Of a stretch of DNA of 64,000 nt, positions 41,291 to 47,393 are shown in pieces. The stretch is taken from positions 28,184 through 92,183 of the forward strand of contig JBPOID010000001.1 of the NCBI GenBank assembly GCA_052034805.1, in the 5' to 3' direction. The DNA is from Candidatus Tayloriibacteriota bacterium (lineage in GTDB: Bacteria; Patescibacteriota; Minisyncoccia; Phycocordibacterales; PALSA-1337). The notes beneath the pieces are model-generated. The model was not told the origin of the DNA, made no database searches, and saw nothing but the letters and a program-made list of their open reading frames with translations. How positions within the stretch are numbered: position 1 is the first letter of the stretch; the number at the start of each line of letters is the position of its first letter. A program made the translations under genes and the position numbers.

Positions 41291-41299
41291 TATATCACA
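41291..41299 (-). promoter_or_regulatory. Extended -10 (TGATATAAT) for island ORF A
   Basis: Minus-strand TGATATAAT (plus-strand sequence ATTATATCA at 41291-41299). About 70-nt leader with a hairpin GGTGC/GCACC. Confidence 0.35.
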
Positions 41300-41330
41300 C
41301 TTACAGTATAATGTACAGTTTAAACCCAAA

Positions 41331-41347
41331 CTCTATAACACCACCAT
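41331..41347 (+). repeat. Island direct repeat copy R2 (CTCTATAACACCACCAT, preceded by TAAACCCAAA)
   Basis: Lies in the divergent A/B promoter region, about 60 nt upstream of the ORF B start codon. Confidence 0.8.
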
Positions 41348-41358
41348 TTCCTCAATCA

Positions 41359-41387
41359 TTGACTAATGACTATTATAATGCTATTCT
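41359..41387 (+). promoter_or_regulatory. Putative promoter of island ORF B (TTGACT-17-TATTCT)
   Basis: TTGACT at 41359-41364. A TATAAT at 41374-41379 is only 9 nt away, too close to pair with it, so TATTCT at 41382-41387 is proposed as the -10. Confidence 0.3.
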
Positions 41388-41407
41388 GATTTCAGAAAGG
41401 AAGTGCT

Positions 41408-41659
41408 ATGGCCACACAAATACCGGAGCAATTTATTTCCAAACTCAGTGAATTCATCTCGAGTCTGGACCATCAGACTCAGGAGATCCTTTTGTACTAT
41501 TACGGCGCAGATCAATCATGGAAAAAGAGAACTCTACAACAAGTCGAAGACAGATTTCATGTGGGAACAAGTATCGTCGGTAAGGTTGTTGCAGAACAAA
41601 TCTCTGAATTTCGACAACTGCATAATTTCGACTATGCCACTTGCATGATCCTCATGTAG
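41408..41659 (+). CDS. Island ORF B, 83-aa sigma-70 region-4 / YlxM-like HTH protein
   Basis: QEILLYYYGADQSWKKRTLQQVEDRFHVGTSIVGKVVAEQISEF aligns with sigma r4.2 [18 protein letters not shown] and the YlxM pattern LYY.DDLSL.EIAEEFDVSRQAV. SD AAAGGAAG. Confidence 0.55.
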   Translation: MATQIPEQFISKLSEFISSLDHQTQEILLYYYGADQSWKKRTLQQVEDRFHVGTSIVGKVVAEQISEFRQLHNFDYATCMILM

Positions 41660-41672
41660 ACTGATCTCTAAG

Positions 41673-41708
41673 CGGCGCTGCTATTAAATTTGCAGTGCCG
41701 TTTTTTGT
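41673..41708 (+). terminator. Rho-independent terminator of ORF B
   Basis: CGGCGCTGC-9-GCAGTGCCG hairpin plus TTTTTT. Confidence 0.6.
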
Positions 41709-41720
41709 TTACAATTTAAA

Positions 41721-41737
41721 CTCTATCTCACCACCAT
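41721..41737 (+). repeat. Island direct repeat copy R3 (CTCTATCTCACCACCAT)
   Basis: Sits between the convergent terminators of ORF B and ORF C. Confidence 0.8.
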
Positions 41738-41744
41738 CTTCTCC

Positions 41745-41775
41745 CAACAGAAAACCCACCTCTCATGCATGGGTT
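41745..41775 (-). terminator. Rho-independent terminator of ORF C
   Basis: Minus-strand AACCCA-11-TGGGTT hairpin followed by TTTTCTGTT. Confidence 0.45.
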
Positions 41776-41796
41776 CTCCGTGCTTGAGATAGTGGG

Positions 41797-42075
41797 TTAG
41801 ATTCGGACAAACAATTTCTGGTAGAGCTCATCAAACTGCCCCACCGGATGTTCTGACAAAAACTGTTCGAAGTAGTTCTGCGCATCTGGATGTAAAACCG
41901 AACTGTCTCTGGTTCCCAAATTACAGTTGATTTTCCCGTTGCTCGCAGCCGTTACCATTGCAACTCGTCGGCTTTGCACAACTGCTTGACGGTTGGTCAA
42001 GATGTCAGCCAGAACCACAAGTGCGACACGCTCAGCTTCTGTCAATGTCTGCCATAACTGTTCAAGTTTTTTCAT
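41797..42075 (-). CDS. Island ORF C, 92-aa hypothetical protein (MKKLEQLWQTLTEAERVALVVLADIL...)
   Basis: ATG with AAAGGA SD 9 nt upstream. Promoter TTGACA-17-TAGACT. No recognised domain. Confidence 0.5.
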   Translation of the reverse strand: MKKLEQLWQTLTEAERVALVVLADILTNRQAVVQSRRVAMVTAASNGKINCNLGTRDSSVLHPDAQNYFEQFLSEHPVGQFDELYQKLFVRI

Positions 42076-42100
42076 TGTGCTAAATCCTTTCTTACTTTAT

Positions 42101-42129
42101 AGTCTAATACATTTTAGTTCTTGTGTCAA
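42101..42129 (-). promoter_or_regulatory. sigma70-type promoter TTGACA-17-TAGACT for ORF C
   Basis: Minus-strand TTGACA (plus 42124-42129) and TAGACT (plus 42101-42106). Confidence 0.45.
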
Positions 42130-42145
42130 GTACATAAACCCTAAA

Positions 42146-42159
42146 CTTTATCTCACCAC
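42146..42159 (+). repeat. Island direct repeat copy R4 (CTTTATCTCACCAC, preceded by AAACCCTAAA)
   Basis: Lies exactly between the divergent -35 boxes of P_C (42124-42129) and P_D (42169-42174). Confidence 0.75.
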
Positions 42160-42168
42160 TTTTTACAC

Positions 42169-42198
42169 TTGACATAAGTTATTAAGTCATGTTATGAT
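42169..42198 (+). promoter_or_regulatory. Near-consensus extended -10 promoter TTGACA-18-TGTTATGAT
   Basis: TTGACA at 42169-42174, TGnTATGAT at 42190-42198. Confidence 0.55.
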
Positions 42199-42204
42199 AC
42201 TTAA

Positions 42205-42392
42205 CAGATTGAGTAGCCGTTGACGATACATACGATTCAACAGATGTCGGATTCAAGATGCAGCCGGAAATACTACAAGTATTATCGGAAGTCAATCATT
42301 GACGACAGGATCGTTGATATTAGGCTAAGGCCGAAAAGTCCAAGAATGGGTACTCTTCTAGCCACAATCAGAAATGATTGTGGCATTTTTTT
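42205..42392 (+). ncRNA. Candidate ~185-nt small RNA (island unit D). The track ORF 42220..42405 is probably not translated.
   Basis: Strong promoter and a strong terminator (9-bp stem GCCACAATC/GATTGTGGC at 42361-42384 plus T7) bracket about 185 nt. There is no SD before the TTG or ATG start, and the ORF reads through the terminator hairpin. Internal hairpin CCGGAAATAC-5-GTATTATCGG. Confidence 0.4.
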
Positions 42393-42431
42393 GTTCGAAC
42401 CTTAAAGTTTATGGTACTACTATACTCTAAC

Positions 42432-42460
42432 TTGACGATATTAGTAATACTTGTTATGAT
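42432..42460 (+). promoter_or_regulatory. Second copy of the extended -10 promoter (TTGACG-17-TGTTATGAT)
   Basis: Near-duplicate of the 42169-42198 promoter (ACTTGAC[A/G]...TGTTATGAT). Confidence 0.5.
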
Positions 42461-42466
42461 TATCCG

Positions 42467-42563
42467 CATGAAGATCTTTAATCAAGTGAATTAATAGAAC
42501 TACAAGGCCACGGCAATCATTTTCAAGCGCTCATTTCTTCGGATTTGAGCGCCTTTATTTTTA
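42467..42563 (+). ncRNA. Candidate ~95-nt small RNA (island unit 2)
   Basis: Promoter at 42432-42460, terminator hairpin GCGCTCA-13-TGAGCGC (42527-42552) plus CTTTATTTTT. Longest ORF 8 aa. Contains GCCACGGCAATCATTTT, similar to one arm of the unit-D terminator. Confidence 0.35.
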
Positions 42564-42640
42564 TAGACTACAATTTAATAAAAAAGAACGCCGTACCCGA
42601 AGGTCGTGCATTCTGTTTGAAAGTTTTGAGGATTAAATCC

Positions 42641-43060
42641 TCATGATATCGCCTCTTCGATTGTTTTTTTCCAGTGAAGAGCGAATTGCTCTTCATCCTG
42701 GGCCTCCCCACTCCGTCCACAGAAAGGGGGATACACATCAATCGCCTTAATCTTATGGTATAGTCCATGGTCCAGACCTCTATACGGAGTGACCACAATG
42801 ACGCCATTCAGGTTTTCTGGAAGTCCCGTGTCTTCACAACATGGACAAGCGGTTAAGACAAAGAGTGTTCTGGGATCACAGGCATTTTTTGATGCCACTT
42901 CTTGTACCACCCTATGAATGATTGGTGTCATCTTTAAGAGACTCTTTGCAAGTTCGTGAGATGCCCATTCAAAAGGACTTGAATATCCAAAGATAATTTT
43001 CATAATATAATTTGGTTGAGTGTGGTTTGAAAGTTCATAATCTGCATGACATGATGTCAT
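42641..43060 (-). CDS. Island ORF E, Cys-rich 120-139-aa protein (start at 43060 or at the internal MKIIFGY at 43003)
   Basis: MKIIFGYSSPFEW ... LTACPCCEDTG ... PPFCGRSGE. No SD at either start. Promoter TTGACA-17-TAATAT. Weak resemblance to Rossmann-like N-terminal motifs (Ndt/DNPH1-like [KT]I[IY]FG, or DsrE-like); not secure. Confidence 0.5.
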   Translation of the reverse strand: MTSCHADYELSNHTQPNYIMKIIFGYSSPFEWASHELAKSLLKMTPIIHRVVQEVASKNACDPRTLFVLTACPCCEDTGLPENLNGVIVVTPYRGLDHGLYHKIKAIDVYPPFCGRSGEAQDEEQFALHWKKTIEEAIS

Positions 43061-43127
43061 ACAAGTCGATTACAATCTTTCTTCCAAACTCAACGTATTT
43101 ACTTTCAAAGAACTCTACTATATAGAT

Positions 43128-43156
43128 ATATTATCATACTATATGATATATGTCAA
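43128..43156 (-). promoter_or_regulatory. sigma70-type promoter TTGACA-17-TAATAT for ORF E
   Basis: Minus-strand TTGACA (plus 43151-43156) and TAATAT (plus 43128-43133). Same architecture as the 35641-35669 promoter. Confidence 0.45.
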
Positions 43157-43192
43157 GTGTATTTGTATAGTGTATAGATAATGTATACCCCC

Positions 43193-45418
43193 CTACTTCG
43201 CCACCTTAACCGCCTCATCAAACTGTATTGATAATAACTTCGAAGCCCCATCAGAACCCATAGTGACTCCATATAGAACGCCCGCACGTGACATTGTTTC
43301 TCTATTATGAGTTATAAGTATTAATTGTGAATATTTTGATAAATTACTTATCATATCTCCATATTTTCTAGAATTAGCTTCATCGAGAGCTGCATCTGTT
43401 TCGTCTAATATGATAAATGGTGGAGGATTAACTTGGGAAATAGCAAAAAGAAGAGCAATGGATGTCAAAGCTCTTTCTCCTCCAGATAACATCATAAGTC
43501 CTTTAACTTTCTTTCTTGGTAGATTTACATTTATTTCTAGACCTTCCCTGCCTTCTTCCTCTTCTTCTATTTCTTCTTCTATATTTGTATCATCATTCAT
43601 TGCCAATACTCCTTCTAGATCTGTATCTGATTTCTTCTTTCTTTTCTTTTCTAGAACTACATTCAAAGATGCGGTACCACCTCCGAACATCAATGAAAAG
43701 AATTCTTGGAATTGTGCATTTATCTTTAATATACCTTCTTTGAATTCTATATTTATTCTGAGATCTAGATCTGCTATTAGATTATTTAGTGATTGTTTTG
43801 AATTTTCTAAATCAGCTAATTCCCTAGACAAGAAAGCGTCTCTTTCTTGTACTTCTCTATATTCTTTCATAATATCTCCGCTATTGCCTATTCCAGAATC
43901 CTCTAATCTTACTTTTATTTTTTCTATATTCTTCTTTCTTTCTGTTTGTCTATCTCTATTTTCACTTTCTATTATTTCTAAATCCTTATAATCAACAGCT
44001 TCTCTACCTACCACTAGATATGCTTCATGTAATTCTCTTTTGAATGATTCCTCATCTATGAGCAATCTTTCTTCTCTGGTCTTTATGCCATTTAATATTC
44101 CACGTAATTCATTTTGTCTTGCTATTATTCTGAATATATTTTTCTCAGCATCTCTATCGCTATCCTTCTCTCTTTCTATTCTATGTCTAAGCTCATTGTA
44201 TTCTATATTTTTATCTTTTTCTTTATTTTCTATCTCTTTTATTTTCAAATCTAATTTGCTTTTCTTATCCTTTAATATAGAAATTTCTCTTTCTAATTCT
44301 GCTGTATTTGTAGATATATCTTTATTTTTATGTAAAGAAATAAAATTAGATAATATTTTCTTTATCTCTAAAATACTTTCTAAAAGATTAACTTTTTCTA
44401 TTACTTGTTCTATATCTCTTAGATATACAGTTTTATTATCATCTTTATTCTGTCTATCTTTTTCTTTTTGTATAATCCTTTCCGAGCCAGATATTTCTCC
44501 TTCTATTTTGCCTAATTCATGGAAAATACTGTCTTTTTCTCTTCTTATTTCATACAAAGTCTTTTCTAAAGAAATTAATTCATCACTTTTTGCATCTCTA
44601 TTCTTTGAACTTTCTAAATTCTTTCTTGCTAAAGATATTTCATTATCTAGAGATGATAATTCTTTTATTATGGGTGATTTCTTTTCATCGATTTCTTTCT
44701 TTTCATTTTCTATATATAGTTCTTCTCTTTTGAAAAATTCTTTATAGATTTTCCTAAGCTCATTTCTTAATTCTTGGGCTTTTTCTACTTTCTCTACTTG
44801 CTTTTGTAGGAATTTCATATGAGGGGCTATTTCCCTTCTTAGAGATTCTACAGATTTCATATTTTCTTCTGTCTTTTCTAATTTTCTTTGACTTTCGGTT
44901 TTCTTGTATTGATAGATTTTCAATCCTAAAGCATCTTCTATCATTTCTCTTCTTTCACGAATATTAGTATTCAATATTCTATCTGCTTCACCCTGAGATA
45001 TAATATGATGTCCAGAAGCTCCTATATGAGCATGTGCCAGTAATTCTATTATATCCTTTAGTCTTGCTCCGCTACCGTTTATAAAATACTCATTTACATT
45101 ATCTCTATGAACTACTCTTTCTATGGTGACTTCATCGAAATCTAGATTGAGCATTCTTTTGCTATTATCAAAAGTAACCTTTACTGAGGCTCGGTTTAAT
45201 TTATTACCATCGCTACCCGCAAAGATTAGATCTTCACCCCTCTTTCCACGCATGCTCTTTATGGATTGTTCTCCAAGTACAAAACGAAATGCTTCAGCGG
45301 CATTACTTTTACCCGAACCATTTGGTCCGACTATGGCAGATATCGGTGAAGTAAAATTCAAAGAAGCCTTTTTTGCAAAAGACTTGAAACCTGTCATCTC
45401 TAGGGATTTGAGATACAT
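43193..45418 (-). CDS. smc: SMC-family ATPase, short (741 aa) and apparently hinge-less
   Basis: N-terminal FKSFA...IVGPNGSGKSNAAEAFRFVLGE, C-terminal LSGGERALTSIALLFAI...ILDETDAALD, long Lys/Glu-rich coiled coil. No Gly-rich hinge motif seen. Confidence 0.8.
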   Translation of the reverse strand: MYLKSLEMTGFKSFAKKASLNFTSPISAIVGPNGSGKSNAAEAFRFVLGEQSIKSMRGKRGEDLIFAGSDGNKLNRASVKVTFDNSKRMLNLDFDEVTIERVVHRDNVNEYFINGSGARLKDIIELLAHAHIGASGHHIISQGEADRILNTNIRERREMIEDALGLKIYQYKKTESQRKLEKTEENMKSVESLRREIAPHMKFLQKQVEKVEKAQELRNELRKIYKEFFKREELYIENEKKEIDEKKSPIIKELSSLDNEISLARKNLESSKNRDAKSDELISLEKTLYEIRREKDSIFHELGKIEGEISGSERIIQKEKDRQNKDDNKTVYLRDIEQVIEKVNLLESILEIKKILSNFISLHKNKDISTNTAELEREISILKDKKSKLDLKIKEIENKEKDKNIEYNELRHRIEREKDSDRDAEKNIFRIIARQNELRGILNGIKTREERLLIDEESFKRELHEAYLVVGREAVDYKDLEIIESENRDRQTERKKNIEKIKVRLEDSGIGNSGDIMKEYREVQERDAFLSRELADLENSKQSLNNLIADLDLRINIEFKEGILKINAQFQEFFSLMFGGGTASLNVVLEKKRKKKSDTDLEGVLAMNDDTNIEEEIEEEEEGREGLEINVNLPRKKVKGLMMLSGGERALTSIALLFAISQVNPPPFIILDETDAALDEANSRKYGDMISNLSKYSQLILITHNRETMSRAGVLYGVTMGSDGASKLLSIQFDEAVKVAK

Positions 45419-45463
45419 GGTCTTATTTTATCATAAAATGATATTTTGAGGGTATTATATGTA

Positions 45464-46159
45464 TTACCAACCCTTAACTTCCAATGCTTTTTCTGCGGCT
45501 TTTTGTTCTGCTTCTTGTTTAGAAAGTCCTGACCCTATAGCTATCTGTACATCTCCTAGGAATACTCCTAATGTAAACATTTTACTATGATCTGGTCCTA
45601 TTTCTTTTAATGTTTTATAAGATGGAGTAAGTCCTGTGACTTCTTGGGCTTTTTCTTGGAAACGACTCTTTGCATCTAACCAAAGTTTTTTATCTATTAT
45701 TTCTTCTATATTCAATATTTCTAATAAATGTTTTGATATAAATAAAGCTGAGGATTCATAACCTTGATCGAGATATATAGCACCTATTATCGCCTCTACA
45801 GAATCAGCGAGTATTATGGAACGAGCTCTTCCTGTATCTTTTGCCTCACCCTTTGATAATAATAAATAATCATTTATACCCATTGCAGTAGCTACTCTGG
45901 AAAGACTATTTGTATTAACTAATGCAGAACGATATGCTGTTAGATCTCCTTCTTTTTTATTGGGAAATTTATTAAATAAAAAAGTAGTAATAGCTAATTC
46001 CAATACTGCATCTCCTAGAAATTCTAATCTCTCATTATGTTCTAAACCAGCACTTTTGTTTTCATTCAAATACGATCTATGAGTACAAGCTTGTTTCAAT
46101 AAGCTTATATCTTTGAATTTTACATTTATTTTTTCAGATAATTTTAAGAAATCTGGCAT
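45464..46159 (-). CDS. rnc: Ribonuclease III
   Basis: ERLEFLGDAVLELAIT signature plus C-terminal dsRBD. Confidence 0.9.
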   Translation of the reverse strand: MPDFLKLSEKINVKFKDISLLKQACTHRSYLNENKSAGLEHNERLEFLGDAVLELAITTFLFNKFPNKKEGDLTAYRSALVNTNSLSRVATAMGINDYLLLSKGEAKDTGRARSIILADSVEAIIGAIYLDQGYESSALFISKHLLEILNIEEIIDKKLWLDAKSRFQEKAQEVTGLTPSYKTLKEIGPDHSKMFTLGVFLGDVQIAIGSGLSKQEAEQKAAEKALEVKGW

Positions 46160-46178
46160 ATTTTTCTTTTTCTGCTAT

Positions 46179-47081
46179 CTATTTATTTTCTTTATTCAAT
46201 AATTTAACTGATTTTGTAACTATAGGCAGTATATCATTATAGAAATTCAATTCTGCTATATCTTCTAAACGAAACCATTTTGCATCATCTAGACCTGGCT
46301 TCTTGGCAAGATTTATTTTTTCAAAATCTGATTCTGCTAGGAAATAATGAACTTGTTTTCTTAATTTTCCTAATTCAGGATCTGAAGCTATGTATTCATT
46401 ACTGCCTAGATCTTCAACTATTTTTATATCAAGACCCATTTCTTCTTTTACCTTATCCATTGTGCCTTTCTTTATATCTATATCATTTGGTATCTTTCCT
46501 TTCGATAATGTCCAATGTCCGAATATATCATGCACAAAAGCCAAATATATTTCCCCATCCTTTCTAGAGAATACTACTGCGCCACCGAGATTCTGTATTG
46601 GCATTTTCTCGTATGGTATGTCTTCTATTTTCTTTTTCTTTGGTTTTGAATCTTTACCTGGTTCTCCTAATTCCTTGTATACAGAACCTAATACACCGTT
46701 TACAAATTTGCCACTATTCTCACCACCAAAACTCTTTGCAAGTTCTATAGCTTCGTTTATCGCTACCTTTGCAGGTACTTCCTCCTTATCAGAGAAAAGG
46801 AGCTCGTATAATCCGATACGTAGAACATTTCTATCTATAACTGATATTTTATCCAATGGCCAATCCGGTGCGGCCTTTACTATTATTTCATCCAAATCAG
46901 ATTTCTTGGATAAAATACTTTTTACAAGATTCTCTATAAAAGAAATATCGCCCATTCCTGGAGCAAACTCCTTGGAATCACGGGCGATTATTTCTTTTAT
47001 TGTATTATCATGGCAACCTCTTACGTCCCACTCGAAGAGTGATTGTAGTACTACTGAGCGTGAAAGGTGTCTATTTGCCAT
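46179..47081 (-). CDS. NusB-like antitermination domain fused to a C-terminal Nudix hydrolase domain
   Basis: N-terminal RHLSRSVVLQSLFEWD...AINEAIELAKSFGGE (NusB fold). C-terminal Nudix box GKIPNDIDIKKGTMDKVKEEMGLDI (GX5EX7REUXEEXGU-like). Confidence 0.65.
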   Translation of the reverse strand: MANRHLSRSVVLQSLFEWDVRGCHDNTIKEIIARDSKEFAPGMGDISFIENLVKSILSKKSDLDEIIVKAAPDWPLDKISVIDRNVLRIGLYELLFSDKEEVPAKVAINEAIELAKSFGGENSGKFVNGVLGSVYKELGEPGKDSKPKKKKIEDIPYEKMPIQNLGGAVVFSRKDGEIYLAFVHDIFGHWTLSKGKIPNDIDIKKGTMDKVKEEMGLDIKIVEDLGSNEYIASDPELGKLRKQVHYFLAESDFEKINLAKKPGLDDAKWFRLEDIAELNFYNDILPIVTKSVKLLNKENK

Positions 47082-47147
47082 AATTTTCTTTTTATTTTCT
47101 CTTTATTTTTGAAGAACTACTTTACTTACTTTAAACATTATTTTCTA

Positions 47148-47381
47148 TTAAGATTTTGTTAAATCTTTCTCTCTTGTCTTTGCTTTTTCTGCTTTCTTTA
47201 CTGCAACTGCTGTCATATCTATAATCTTTTTTCCTCTATATGAACCACAAGTAGTACATACAGTATGACGTTTATGCATAGCAGAACAACTCTGACATTT
47301 TGAAAGTCGCACCTCATCTAGGGCGTGATGTGATCTTCTATTGTCTCGGTGTGCCCGAGTGGCTCTCATTCGATTTACCAT
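47148..47381 (-). CDS. rpmF: Ribosomal protein bL32
   Basis: RRSHHAL plus Zn-ribbon CQSC...CTTCGSYRGKK. Confidence 0.8.
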   Translation of the reverse strand: MVNRMRATRAHRDNRRSHHALDEVRLSKCQSCSAMHKRHTVCTTCGSYRGKKIIDMTAVAVKKAEKAKTREKDLTKS

Positions 47382-47393
47382 AGTAATATCATA

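Noticed and set aside
41359-41379. TTGACT...TATAAT as the ORF B promoter
   Set aside because: Only 9 nt separate the hexamers, too close to function as a -35/-10 pair. TATTCT at 17-nt spacing was proposed instead, with low confidence.
40661-42159. The four direct repeats as a CRISPR array
   Set aside because: Spacing is about 390-670 bp and includes whole genes. Repeats are only 17-25 nt and imperfect, with no cas genes. This fits regulatory or recombination sites, not CRISPR.
37760-42232. Shared 11-mer TTGACGATACA between the rpsP-KH spacer and the island RNA as evidence of a functional link
   Set aside because: A single 11-mer match in 128 kb of two-strand sequence has a non-negligible chance probability, and the flanks do not extend the similarity. 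Kept only as a low-weight note.
42220-42405. 61-aa ORF listed in the track (TTG start)
   Set aside because: No SD before either the TTG or the internal ATG. The TSS is predicted 13 nt upstream, and the frame reads straight through a 9-bp-stem/U7 terminator. Treated as an sRNA instead.
42568-42807. 79-aa minus-strand ORF overlapping the 3' half of ORF E
   Set aside because: Out-of-frame overlap with the longer, SD/promoter-supported ORF E. Likely spurious.
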